Notes: a model not told the origin generated them from the sequence alone. A stretch of DNA of 63,528 nucleotides, filler included, from Asterionella formosa (GCA_002256025.1; 20 parts of 20 records of this genome joined end to end with filler, not necessarily neighbours in it), one strand, 5' to 3'. Positions 1 to 11,623 are shown, numbered from the whole stretch's first letter. Numbers and translations are program-made.

Positions 1-1
1 A

Positions 2-103
2 CATAGCATGCTGGAGAATGATGGAAGCAAATCGATTTACGAATACCGTCGCCTAGTGCCGATATTAGGTTTCAAGTTTGATCCAGCCATGATGTCATCG
101 TAA
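2..103 (+). CDS. possible 3' end of an unidentified gene (partial)
   Basis: Open frame HSMLENDGSKSIYEYRRLVPILGFKFDPAMMSS* runs from the window edge to TAA at 101-103 and is followed by an intergenic GGTACC cluster; too short to identify. Confidence 0.3.
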   Translation, partial: HSMLENDGSKSIYEYRRLVPILGFKFDPAMMSS

Positions 104-442
104 GTACTGGTACCAGGGTACCTGTGCCCACCATGGTACCAGTACCTACCAGGTACGATACCTGGTTACTACAAGCATAGCGCTATTTGGCTGTCCTGTA
201 GTCGATATATGTACTTAAAAATATATTTGTCTATGAATATATTGCACAGTTCGTATTCTGTTGAGCCGTTGCAGTGGACGATGCAGGAGAGTCGTGCTAC
301 GCTTGGCTCCTCACGAAGGAGACTCGCCGACGTAGGATTGTACCCCCAGGTACCATATGCTATGGTAAACTATCGTATGTATATATACTCTGGAATATTT
401 GTTCAGCCGTTACGCGATGACATTGAGGTGCACCTTTGACGG

Positions 443-522
443 AGTACCAGGTACCTGGTACCTGGTACCTGGTACTGGTACCGTATCTGGTCTACACTAC
501 CTGGTACCTGGTACCTGGTACC
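443..522. repeat. TACC(A/T)GG / GGTACC palindromic micro-array (representative copy)
   Basis: Tandem taccagg/tacctgg/tactgg units. Similar clusters at about 106-165, 3918-3962, 7258-7385, 8760-8848, 11255-11332, 18618-18735, 31925-31965, 35695-35770 and 60305-60331. Confidence 0.9.
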
Positions 523-627
523 GGAAAGTAGGAGGAGTGATCTAAAATTGAGTTGCATTTCAGTTTGCTTGTTTACCGGACACTTCGACATTTACGTAGG
601 TGAGATATGAACAGGCTACATACAATG

Positions 628-712
628 AATTCTATACACGATTGTAAAACAGGACAGAATCCAGAATCCGTGCGTTCGTATACCATACTTGATGTCGAAA
701 TAGGGCAACAAA
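628..712 (+). repeat. dispersed repeat R1, copy 1
   Basis: aattcta-acacga...caggac-gaatccagaatccg...cgtat-ccat-cttgatgtcgaaat is shared with 43951-44030. Confidence 0.8.
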
Positions 713-897
713 TTGTAAAATACAATGCATGTATGAAATCGTGCATGGATTTTGTACTGACACTCAATGCACCATATGAAAAGCATTTTGAGTTACCGGT
801 AGCAAGCAGTACCCATGTCATGCTATTTCGATGTGGTGTTGGATATGATCTCACATCATGACAATAAATAGCAATTCAGATCGAATTTTTTGGCCTG

Positions 898-1260
898 CTA
901 AGATTTAACTGGCACCAAATGGTCCAACTTTGAATCTTCAGGAAATTCATCAGAGGAATTGTCACTTGTAACATCAGCAGGTACAGCATATGCCTTCCCA
1001 AGTTTAGCAAGAACTTTATTACTCTCTTTGGCATTCAGCTCCTCACCTTTCATTACCTTCATGACAGGAGCCGACTCAAACAGTTTGTCATGCAGAATTT
1101 GTGCATTAGTGGCAAAGTGATTTTTGAGCTTGGGATAGTAGTCTTCAAGCACATGATCAAATATTTCACATACTTGCAGAGATGTGATTCCTTGTCTCTG
1201 GAGTGTTACTGTGTCTTTACTGAACTTTAGTATGTGCTTAAATACCATTTGTAACTCCCT
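898..1260 (-). pseudogene. degenerate hAT-like (RNase H-fold) transposase fragment of the oomycete/diatom type
   Basis: TVTLQRQGITSLQVCEIFDHVLEDYYPKLKNHFATNAQILHDKLFESA resembles the T-x-x-LQ...V-x-x-(I/L)FD-x-V-x-EDYP...A-x-I(V/L)H...FESA block of stramenopile hAT-like transposases (recognised from memory); no intact ORF, CpG-poor. Confidence 0.55.
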
Positions 1261-1424
1261 CACTCCCACAATATTGCATAAGAGAAGCAAGAGCATCGAC
1301 CCTCTCAATTTATAAGTTGATCTCAAAGAAACATTTTATCATGGTATACTGAGATGACCATGATGTTACACTTTCTGTGATTACCACATGAGGATTGTAT
1401 TGTCTTAGAGCATCCTACATCTAG

Positions 1425-1755
1425 GTATGCACAAAGGAAACCTTAGCTATATTATTTACATCTGTAGAACGAAATATTTTTGTCCAGAAACACATGCTTG
1501 TCAATTTGTTTAGCTATTTTTTGTTGGGATTAATAGCAAATAAAACATACGCCGATACAGGAAGTCAGCAGTATGCTGGCCAATGAAAATCAATAGCCCT
1601 TAATGATCCACATGTATCGCTATTTAGCATTATACTCGACTAAATATACTAATCTAACCGACATACCCATCCACAGGAGCATCGTCTTACATTTAAAAAT
1701 TATATTTCTTCTACAGAGGGATTCTTGAAAAGATGTAAAACTAGCCGGGTTAGTC
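1425..1755 (+). repeat. dispersed repeat R2, copy 1
   Basis: Colinear similarity with 31070-31386 (tgtagaacgaaata...gctggccaa-aaaatcaatagccct...gctatttagcattatactcg...cagaggg...ggttagt). Confidence 0.85.
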
Positions 1756-2114
1756 CACATGGAACATCTGTCATGTGCAGATAGGATTTTTTGCTCTGGC
1801 ATGTCTCTACTTTGAACTTTTAGTAGAAGCCTCGTTCTTAAAGGATACAAATCAATTTAGCTCGTCCATTTTTTCTTTGTTCAAATATTTTTTGATAAGT
1901 TTAGTAGTAGAAACATCGAGACCTCCTCCCTTGCATAGCTCGATAAGCATCATCATCATTGCTTGTTGTTCACGTAGTAACTGCCGCAACCGATCCATAG
2001 TTCTGCAAACGTGGAAATTGAAAACACATACTAAGTTACTACAGATTCAGGTGTACCAGGAGCCTACAGGTAAGGCTACGTAGTGCTTTGGTTGAACGTC
2101 GCCTCCTCCCCACC

Positions 2115-3071
2115 ATGGTGGATACCCCCATCCCCAAGGAAACGACGATAATTGAAACCACTTTGAATGTTGCAGCTGCAGAATCCTTTAAGGAAGCATC
2201 AAACACAGGAGGAATGGCGACAAGCGATCATGAAGCTATTGATTTCGAAGCAGAATACTTGCTGCTTATGAATGAACCTTCATACAAAACCAACTACAAT
2301 GCAGTCGCAACGATTCTCACAAACAACACAACAGCGCCATATCTACCGACTAAGGACACAATGCACAACTCAAGGCAATACCAGGTAGCGGACAGTAGCA
2401 TCAAAAACAACGACAATCGAAGTCACAGAATTTCCAGTGAATGGAATACCAAAAACTACGAGAAACATGCAGCAGGTATTCTAAAGTCACCAGTGCGATT
2501 ACAACAGCAGAACGACGAAATGAATAAATCAAGACAATCCAAGGCGGCGGATATGAGCATCTGTAACCATGACAATCAGAATAACAACATCTACAATGAA
2601 TGGAATACAATAACCGATGTGGCAGTGGACATTAACATCAACAACAATGATAATCTGAAAAACAAAAACTACAATGAATGGCATACAAAAACCGACGTGG
2701 CAGCTGACATTAACATCAACAACAATAATCAGAACAACAGCTTTTACAATGAATGGAATACCACAAACAACATGGCAGTAGACATTAACATCAACAATGA
2801 CAAGAAGAAGAACCACAGCAGTGACAATGAATGGAATACAAAAAATTCCGCAAATGATAATCTAGCACAGACAGCAGAGCAGTCATCAGCACCATTTGAC
2901 CCAATTAACCACGCAATGAAAAACTCAAGACAACCCAAAGCAGTAGGCAATTGCATCAACAACGAAGACAATCGAAGTCACAAACACAATGCATCATTGA
3001 AGGAACATACTCCAGCACGAAGGGAATGGTTGGAGGAACGTCATCCTTGGGCCCATCATTGGCCCCCCTAA
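2115..3071 (+). CDS. Asn-rich repetitive ORF carried by the 1999-3165 insertion (ORF1-like fragment?)
   Basis: 318 open codons from ATG 2115; repeated NEWNT..DVAVDININN and MxNSRQ...DNRSH motifs; no recognisable domain. Confidence 0.45.
   Translation: MVDTPIPKETTIIETTLNVAAAESFKEASNTGGMATSDHEAIDFEAEYLLLMNEPSYKTNYNAVATILTNNTTAPYLPTKDTMHNSRQYQVADSSIKNNDNRSHRISSEWNTKNYEKHAAGILKSPVRLQQQNDEMNKSRQSKAADMSICNHDNQNNNIYNEWNTITDVAVDININNNDNLKNKNYNEWHTKTDVAADININNNNQNNSFYNEWNTTNNMAVDININNDKKKNHSSDNEWNTKNSANDNLAQTAEQSSAPFDPINHAMKNSRQPKAVGNCINNEDNRSHKHNASLKEHTPARREWLEERHPWAHHWPP
2593..2845 (+). repeat. 75-78-bp coding tandem repeat, three copies plus a partial
   Basis: acaatgaatgg(a/c)atac recurs at 2593, 2671, 2746 and 2824, with gacattaacatcaacaa in each full unit. 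Confidence 0.9.
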
Positions 3072-4798
3072 TGCTTATCATATTCCCCCCGTGTCTATCC
3101 AGGCACAAGTGCGATTATTAGCTTAGTTTTAATGTACTTTAAACATTTTATTTACCCTCCTCCTTCTGCCGCAACCGATCCATCACCACCACCTGTTGGT
3201 TGCACCAGATGAGGGACTATTACAGCTAAAATGGAAAGAGTTGTACTAACTAAAAGTGCTAGTTAATTATAGGCAGATGTGCTATGTAATTGGAATGCTT
3301 CTAGTAGTAGTAGGTTTATTTAGCATCTAAGCATCATTGAGGATGATTGTCATTGATTTGCCAATTGTTGACTCTATTCCCAATTGTTGTCCTCTATGAT
3401 CATCTATGTGAAGATTCCACCATTACATTCTATTCGATTGCACTTCCACAATAAAGAAGATGAGGCCCCAGCCCTTTCCTTGCTTGCTGGCCATCTGTCT
3501 GAATATTGCCAGCCAGTTACATGGAATTCTGGCTGGAGCTAATGTTGTTTCCAAAATATTTTGCACCTTCAGCTGCATCTCGAAAATTGTAAGTCAACAA
3601 TGCTCTCTCCATGACATCTCAAATGCAGCTGTCCATCAGTGAGTCAAGGGTGAATTGGGAGGGTTATTGTCTAAATCTATTTACGATAAAATTATAGATG
3701 CTTATGTTTTCATTAACTTACTTTGAAAACATACTATTGCCCAAATTTCGATTCATGGCATCTTGCAGTATCAAAGCTTGGTTTGATGAAAATGTAACTT
3801 TGTCAAAACAAGTATGTATGGAATTTCTTGTAAGTGTTTTCAGGGATGTATCCTTTGGTTACAGGTGGGGTGCTCAAGAAATGCTTTTACTGGTAAAGAT
3901 ACATAATCAAGGTAACTGGTACCCTTGTACCCTGGTGGAGTACTAGGTACCAGTAGTACCATTGGCAAAGCATTCAGGCAATTAGCATATACCGTACCCA
4001 TAGTAAGTACTGGTAAAAATCTCGAGTCTGAAGGTCGAAACATGACATCTGAATCCTATCGTATGTATCTGGACACGACAAGTCCTATGTGGTGCTGAGT
4101 GTTGCAACTATGTATACATACCCGGTATGTACTGGTAAACAACAAAAATAGTATGTCCTTCCTATTCAGTCATAGCTATAAGCAAGCAAAATATAAACTA
4201 GTGCTGAACTTATCACGACGAAAGCATATGCCGCCGGACACAGAGAAATACAGTTACCAATTGTTTAATTCTACTAATGTGTGCTCTATAAATTCATTAC
4301 ATTCCTTGCTGGGTCAGCATACTGCAGGTAGCAGTAGTACGCTGTCTATCATAAATCCATAAATTGAAGTACTGGCACATACCCACATATGTATCTTCCA
4401 ACATACCGGTACTACATACTGTTGATGTTCACCATTGAATGACTTTATCAGAGGTATGCTGCAATATTCCTCTGCTAGGTATCTAGATTAGTTCGAATAC
4501 CGGTGGCAGAAAAATGCAAACTATATTTATTAGCCACCATCAGCTACGGGTACTGTATACATATGCACACCCAAAACAAATTCAATGATGACACTTACCA
4601 CCTACCCGTCACAATTATTTATCTATGGCCTGTCGTTGTTGCCCTCCCATGGCAGATCCGCGATTTGATTTCCCCCTCCGTCGCTTAACATATAAGCAAA
4701 ACTAGATATTGTACATCATCATGGTGATCTCACCCTTCAAGGGTGACAAGGGCAAATTCGAGACTCTGCCAATTGTTTTTCGTTCCAGACAAAGTGTC

Positions 4799-6032
4799 AT
4801 GTCGAGCAATTCAATTCTGGACGACGGCTTAAGCGATAGACGATCGCCAGATGGAGAAGAAGTTGTCAACGACAACAACAGGAAAAGTTGCTCCACCAAT
4901 GGAACTCCTACAGTGGAGCATGTGGAGCGGCCTGAAATTAGTGAAGACGAAATCTATCGTCCAAGCAATGAATACGTGTTGGTACGTTCGCTTTGTTGAT
5001 ATCGCTGTTTTGGAATAGCTGTACTTTGGCATGAACCACAACCATTGTTAACCCACAAGATCCTATAGAACATTGCATTCTTTTCGTTTTTAGGATTCAT
5101 GGCCGTGCAAGCCATCTTTGCCCTTGTGGCTCACTCTGAATCCTTATTAACCGATTCGGCCGCCATGTCCGTCGACGCTCTCACATATCTATTCAATCTT
5201 TGTGCAGAACGCATAAAATCACGTCCCTACACTCCTGCAGAAATTGACATGCCAAGATGGAAACGTCTCCGAACACGCAAATTGAAACGGTTGTATTTGG
5301 AACTGGTGCCTCCCTTGATTAGTGTTTCCACATTACTTGCAGTCACCATCGTTGCCTTTCAGGTTAGTATCGAAACCTTGTGGAACTACGGTGATACATC
5401 GAATAAAGAAGATGATGTCGATGATGTAAATGTTGGAATCATGTTATGTTTTTCGGCTTTGAATTTACTTTTGGATTTGGTGAATGTCATGTGCTTTGCA
5501 AAGGCACATCAGGCATTTGGATTGAATACTTCCATTATTGCAACACCCGGACAGCAGCAGAAGGAATTACCAATGACAGAACGGACACCTCTCTTAACTC
5601 AATCATCACAGGGTGGTATTGAAGTCGAATTAGAAGCAATGTCTGTGGACCATTTGGAGGACGAGGAGGAGGACGACAATGATAACGATGGGATTAGAAT
5701 GAATCTGAACATGTGTTCGGCATGGACAGTACGTTGAAGTAACATTGCTGCTGTATTGTTTGCTCGACTTTATTTCGCTGACATTTTTCTTGTTGTACTT
5801 TATTTAGCACGTGTGTGCAGACACTCTTCGATCCATTGCTGTCTTGATTGCAGCTGGTATTGCGTCCGTCTTTCAAGGAGTTCAGAATGATGCAGCAGAT
5901 GCAATGGCAGCCATGGCTGTTTCTATCATTATTGTTGTATCTCTATTTCCATTATTACATGGATTATTCTTGACAGCTCAAGAAATTCACAGCTTGCAAA
6001 TGAAGCAAAACGGAATGAGCCTTTGCAAATAG
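4799..6032 (+). CDS. cation diffusion facilitator (CDF/cation efflux) family transporter, 3 exons
   Basis: Exons 4799-4981, 5069-5728 and 5808-6032 join in frame across GT-AG introns. TM2 SESLLTDSAAMSVD and TM5 NLNMCSAWTHVCAD (HxxxD) motifs. An upstream ATG at 4721 is an alternative start. Confidence 0.88.
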
Positions 6033-6071
6033 GGATGTTTAGGAGAAAGGACAGTTAGATAATACTAAATA

Positions 6072-7169
6072 TCACAATGCTAGCATGGCATCATTGAGCT
6101 TCGAAAAGAACTCGTGCACACTTTGTTTGGGCTCGTTTACATCTAGCACATCATCCACGTTCAATACAACGCCAGTTGTATCCACCATATGCTGCATAAC
6201 TTGCTTAGCATCTTTCCAACTGCATCGTTGTGACGCCACTGCAACACTAGGTTCTACTCCATACGTTTGATGCCACCAATGGGCTGGAATGACAAGCAAG
6301 TCGCCCGTTTGCTGCACTGTTGACCACACTGTTTGTAAATGCGGGAAATCGGCTTGTAGCAATGACGGTGACGATGCAATGGTGGATAAATACTCCAGTC
6401 GTTCCGCCTCGTCCAAATTTTGATACATGTCCCTTGCAGATGGGATTGTTTCATGTCGATGTGCATATAGCCGAAAGTCGGATTGCCACCCTGCACTCAA
6501 CCCTCGGTCGTCCCAGGACGTTGATGGCAATCGATAACTGCCTAATAGTTCATCCACAACATGTACATTGTCATTTGGTGGCTCTATAAATCTCCATATT
6601 TTGGTTCCTTCCAAACATATGCTTGTTCCCGTCCATTCAAATGGGTCTCGATGTAGTGTTGACATGGAGCCTTCCCCAGCAAAAACGACACAGTCTGACG
6701 GCACAAGGTCTGTAGGAAAGTATTGAAACCAATCTTCATTAGAAAATACAGATTCCTTGACATTTTGCAATTCTTGCCTAATCTCATTGAACATTGGCTC
6801 GTCCAGCAATCCCTCCTGGAAACACCAAAATGCATCGTCATGTGACGATTTCAACATGATGTAATCAATGGCTTGTTTCATTCCGAGGTCATAAATGTCT
6901 ATGGCGATTTTTCTTCTCCGTTGTAGTTGAACTTGAAGAGATGGTTGTTGCAATATGGCTTCGCAAATAGCTTCACATTGTTGGGCTGTCAATACGTGTT
7001 CAATAATGATGGGGGTTTCTCTAGTGGTGGATGCTTTATTATTGCTGTCGTACACATGATGATGTCGAGCCAAAAAGTCCTGAACGGAAACTCGTGGAAT
7101 GTCGACGTGATGTTGAAATGCTGCCGCGACAGAAACGACAGCGACGAAGGCGATCCACAAATAACTCAT
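6072..7169 (-). CDS. JmjC/cupin-like 2-oxoglutarate Fe(II) oxygenase with signal peptide
   Basis: STLHRD (HxD), GTKIWRF and GDLLVIPAHWWHQT motifs; hydrophobic N-terminus ending VSVAAA-F. Confidence 0.9.
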   Translation of the reverse strand: MSYLWIAFVAVVSVAAAFQHHVDIPRVSVQDFLARHHHVYDSNNKASTTRETPIIIEHVLTAQQCEAICEAILQQPSLQVQLQRRRKIAIDIYDLGMKQAIDYIMLKSSHDDAFWCFQEGLLDEPMFNEIRQELQNVKESVFSNEDWFQYFPTDLVPSDCVVFAGEGSMSTLHRDPFEWTGTSICLEGTKIWRFIEPPNDNVHVVDELLGSYRLPSTSWDDRGLSAGWQSDFRLYAHRHETIPSARDMYQNLDEAERLEYLSTIASSPSLLQADFPHLQTVWSTVQQTGDLLVIPAHWWHQTYGVEPSVAVASQRCSWKDAKQVMQHMVDTTGVVLNVDDVLDVNEPKQSVHEFFSKLNDAMLAL

Positions 7170-7670
7170 GTGATAACATGGACGACAATAAAATGAAATT
7201 TAGTCGATGGATAAGAAAAATTTTCTTTGTGGTCGACTCTTGATTTACCGGTAAGAGCACCAGGTACCCTGGTACCAGGTACAGTAGTCTTGTTAGCACC
7301 TGCTCTCGAGGTAGGAGTACCTGATACCGGGTACCTCGAGTATCAGGAATCAGGACCATCATGTACCAGGGTACCTGGTACAATACACGGAACTCCGTTC
7401 TTTTATGCCATAGGCCGCCGTAGGCTATGTGACGGCATGTCTGCACAGCCTTTCTGTACGGTGCGTCGTGGATACTAGGTACCAGTAGCATGAATTTACC
7501 CTGATGCATGCTGCCGTCGAAGGCGAACGACGATATCAATATGAGATTCATGTATATGTAATAATATAATGAACACAATCGTATCAGGCAGAAGGTGAAG
7601 GAACCAGTGACGAAAAAGGGATGCAAGCCAAACAATCGTTCACTCCTTTCCCAGACAATTGAACGAAACC

Positions 7671-8481
7671 ATGAACAATAAGTACGCCATCACCATCGTT
7701 TTCACAGTTTTCTTTTCTCTTGGCTTGAATAACGTTGACGCCTTTACCACCACATCAAAACCGATTGGTCGGCCTCGCCAATGCTTCGCACCTGCGAAAT
7801 CAACTCGTCATCAGGCTACCAAATTGCAATTGGATCTTTCATCATGGAATACAATCTTGTCCCCAACCAGCATCCATGATGCCTTTAGTGTCGCAACATT
7901 TTTTCCTCAGCCGTTTTGGCTGCTCTTGGTATTTTTGCCAAATTCAGGAATTGCGAAGAAGATTATGGGTGGAATGGGTAAGTGCGCAAGCGAGTATGCC
8001 CAATGGTTAAATTGTGTGTGTCCGTATGTATACCATCGTTGCATATCCATACATGTGGAGAACTCACATGCGTTTAACACCACCACCATTTGTTACAACA
8101 GAAATTGTCACTTTGTGTTGCTTAGTTCACATTTTTATTGTATCAGCATCAATTGTCCAACCAGAAGCAACAGCTCCACTTGCGGAGTTTTCAGGAGTCT
8201 TTGATCCTGCAGGCGATCCTCAAAAGGCTTTTATTGGGATGATGCAATATCCTAATTTTATATCTGAAGAATGGTCCCATGTACTCACATGGGACATTTT
8301 TGTGGGTCGTTGGATTTGGCTAGATGGGATCAAGAGAGGGATTTTCACATCACATTCTGTGTTATTGTGTAATTTCATTGGACCACCTGGTTTATTGTTG
8401 CACTGGGTCACATGTCTAGTTTCAGGCAAGGGCATTGTAGAGAATGAGGTGGAAAGTATTGTGGAGGAGAGAGTAGCCTAG
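7671..8481 (+). CDS. ABA4: ABA DEFICIENT 4-like / DUF4281 plastid membrane protein, 2 exons
   Basis: Exons 7671-7977 and 8102-8481 (gtaagt...caacag intron, in frame). PFWLLLVFLP, WSHVLTWDIFVGRWIWLDG and HSVLLCNFIGPPGLLLH motifs; signal peptide ending VDA-F followed by a Ser/Thr/Arg-rich transit peptide. Confidence 0.85.
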
Positions 8482-9154
8482 AAATGCCATTGAAGCAAGC
8501 AAGGAATGATAGTAAATCTGCATAAATTGACTTTTTAAGGTAATTGTGAACATATTTACTCTCTTTTGACATGTGAGGATGATACCAGCATTATTATCTC
8601 TCTATTTAGTATAGATTGAGATTAGTTATAGAGACTCATAACGACTGAACCTTTGGGAGGCTCCAGTACAGATAAAAATCATTTTGGGTTGCCCAAATAC
8701 CGGTGCGGTAGCATGGCTCATTTGTTCTACCGGTATTATGGAACAAATTGAGCCATATTAGCTACCTGGTACCGTACCGGTAATGCATATACCAGTAAAC
8801 TGGTACTGGTACCAGTGTACGTCCCGGGTACATGGTACAAGGTACCGTAGATGTTCATGTTGCAGTTGATGAGTCCAGGTTGCGCGCCATATTTTCATAT
8901 ACGGTAAATATATTGTTGTTTCGTAGACCTATTTTTCTTACCAGTACAAGAGAGAGATACAATCTACATGTCGTTTTTCCTTTTATTGGTATCCCAGCCA
9001 TCCTTGTTCGTGTACATATGATCAATCATTATACCAGGTACCAGGCACTGGCAGTCTAGTCTACCGATATTATTGGTTGTATGTATGATTGGGAGTCCTC
9101 TGGTCTCATTCAGTCATCACTCGGCGAAACCAAAGGCTCAACAACCCTCTCATC

Positions 9155-10075
9155 ATGTCCTCCACGACGGATTCGTCAAGTCTGGTGACCCTTCTAGATC
9201 CCTCCGTCAACTCCAAAACCCTTCAAACAGCCAAAATAATCTCGTTGCCACATCCCAGCGACAATGAGGCGCAAGACTTCATCTTTCTCCCTCGTACTGC
9301 TGCTTCTAACCAACCCGCCATAATTCTTCAAGTTCAATCCTTCCAAAAGTCCTACGGAAGTTTCCTGGTGGGATCACGCGTCATTTCCAATGGTGCGTTG
9401 CATGTTGCTACTCCAGTGGATCCCTTGTTTTTTGTGTTGGAGGCATTCGCAGCTGCTCCTCAAAAGTGGCAACCTCTAGAGCAATTATTAGTGGGAGTAC
9501 CAGACTGCGTCCAGGAAAGCATTTCATCCCCCCTGCAATACAAACATTTGTGTTGCACAAACGATCAACTTGGAGACGACATGATTTTGTACAAGTTTCA
9601 AACGGAGTTGGCCTTGGCATGGCTGACCAAAAAATTCAATGCCGCCAAGCAGGTGTTGTTGGACCAGCAGCAACGGGGTGTACTATCTGGTGGTGCTTTT
9701 ACCAAGACGTTTCATCATGTCCCGGATACCCCTTTGGATCAAAGTGTTCTGGAACAGGAATCCTGCCAAGTTGTCTGTGACTTTCTTTCTGCGGAATGGA
9801 CACGAACATTAATGCACCAGTTGAACCTTGCCATCATTAGTACTCCAGTAACAACCACACCCAAGCGCCAATGGGGAGAAATGGCAGGAGCTGACTCTCA
9901 TGAGGTGTTGCTAGAAATGACACTTGGCAATGTTGTATCTGTTGAAAAGGCCAAGCAAAAGGAAGGAGTCCAAAAGAAACTCAAGGCACAAACCAGTGGT
10001 CTCAAACAATTGGCCAAAGTCAAGACCAAGGGAATGAAGAGCATGAGTTCCTTTTTCAGTGCCAAGACCACCTAA
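9155..10075 (+). CDS. RNASEH2B: ribonuclease H2 subunit B
   Basis: ISLPHP and SFLVGSRVISNGALHVATPVDPLFFVL motifs, plus C-terminal PIP box KGMKSMSSFF. Confidence 0.88.
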   Translation: MSSTTDSSSLVTLLDPSVNSKTLQTAKIISLPHPSDNEAQDFIFLPRTAASNQPAIILQVQSFQKSYGSFLVGSRVISNGALHVATPVDPLFFVLEAFAAAPQKWQPLEQLLVGVPDCVQESISSPLQYKHLCCTNDQLGDDMILYKFQTELALAWLTKKFNAAKQVLLDQQQRGVLSGGAFTKTFHHVPDTPLDQSVLEQESCQVVCDFLSAEWTRTLMHQLNLAIISTPVTTTPKRQWGEMAGADSHEVLLEMTLGNVVSVEKAKQKEGVQKKLKAQTSGLKQLAKVKTKGMKSMSSFFSAKTT

Positions 10076-10168
10076 TAAAAGCCAAGGGAGGCTGCTACTA
10101 CACAAAGTCAATAAAATATAGTTCCTACATCTATCCATACGTATGTACAGCGCCATTCCATGGCTCAG

Positions 10169-11121
10169 TTACTGCCGCAAATGCGTCACTTTGCAATTGA
10201 TATCTTTGCAAGCACCTTGCTGTTGTCGATGCGAGACAAAGTTCGATGCCAACAACATGGCACATCCTCCAATATTCACAACACGATGCCAAAATCCTTC
10301 ATGTATGGTATGTAGTAACTCATGAGGGATTCGATGCAACAGCCATCCATCGTGCGCGTTTGCAGCGTAAATGAGAATCAGACCAGCAAATGCTGGAATC
10401 GAAATCCTCGCTTTCTTATGCGACAGGAAATTCATGGTCGCTGCTGTTCCCCCGACTGTTGTAGTACCACGGGAACGAGTAGAGGGTGAGTATTCGATGA
10501 ATGAAACAGAATATAAGATGGTCGGTAAAAACTGCAAGATATAGAAACTTCCTTACCCGGCAATACAAAGAAAATGGCGACGGAATGGCCGAACTCATGC
10601 AACCATTCCATGTGACCCGGCGCTGCCATGCCCAAAAGCGGGAACAAAATAGTGACAATGGGCAGTACGGTGCAATCAATTACACACAAGATTGATGCCA
10701 AATTGGCCAAGCGGACCAACCGTTGCGATGTGGTTTGCCAGAAGGACTCCTTGTCCGTCGCGGAGGGAGAGGGGGTATCCACAATTTCCTGGCAAAAGCC
10801 ACCGCGATATCGAATGCTGGAGGGACCGGCGGGAATAGACACTTGACGCATCATGGCTCTATCGGACGGTTCTGATAGAATTTGCTGCAGTTGGATGGAT
10901 TTTCCGAAGAAATCAGATTCTTCTGACGCTTGTCGAAAAAAGAGCAGCGACGGTTTCTTGGAATAACTACTGCTCGGCCGTTTCTTCGGAGGCTCTGAGG
11001 CGACGAGGCTATGACTTGTTGAAGCGTTCATTAAGACCAGCGATGCAACCAAAACAGGAGAGCGCAACGCAAGCATTCGAAGTAGCGCAATGTGCACTGT
11101 TGATTTTCGAATTCTGCCCAT
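10169..11121 (-). CDS. MerC-domain membrane protein, 2 exons
   Basis: Exons 11121-10557 and 10455-10169 (gtaagg...caacag intron, in frame). ASILCVIDCTVLP matches the MerC TM1 S-x-LC-x-(I/V)-x-C motif; further TM helices and a Cys/His tail. Start could be 11076. Confidence 0.75.
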
Positions 11122-11623
11122 TGTCGTTCGGCAATGATTTACCAATACGACTGAACAAAGTTGGCCGTTGTTCCAAATATGAAGTCTGCAATTTTTTGTC
11201 GTCATCCACCCGAGCCGAGGCCTAAAAAAGGGCCTGACGGCAGCTATAACATACGTACCTGGTACCAGGTACCCTGGTACCATCATAAAAGACACATGAG
11301 ATGTAGCTGGTACCCTGGTACCTGGTACCTACGATACTACATACCAGCATCCAAATTTAGAAATGCGTGGTTTCTGTAGGAGACTGGTAGTAAACTAACT
11401 GTACTACGTATGCCTGTCAGTTTTAACTATGTAGACGACCTGACACAATGTACCCGCATGGCACGTAAATAGAATGTATGTGCGGTAGTCGTCAGTTGAC
11501 GACGTCATGAGTGCGTCAGATTTGACATCTGGCGGCCGTGCTTCAATTTTCTCGCCCCGCTTGTTGTTTGCCTATTACCGGTACCGGTATTCTGCTAGAA
11601 TGTCTTTTTCCATTTACCGGTAT

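Larger units (their letters stand above)
1999..3165 (+). mobile_element. non-LTR-type insertion (probably internally deleted LINE derivative) with 18-bp target-site duplication
   Basis: Perfect direct repeat ctgccgcaaccgatccat at 1981-1998 and 3166-3183. The 3' end (caagtgcgattattag...gtactttaaacattttattt) matches the 3' tail of the SINE copies at 12341-12584 and 37949-38190. Confidence 0.7.

Noticed and set aside
403..591. ORFs containing YQVPGT/TRYLV peptides (also 7039-7635 and the N-termini of 10432-11295 and 15546-18641)
   Set aside because: These are translations of the GGTACC arrays, not real coding sequence.
2593..2845. CRISPR-like repeat-spacer pattern
   Set aside because: Units are degenerate along their whole length, multiples of 3, within an ORF, in eukaryotic DNA with no cas genes.
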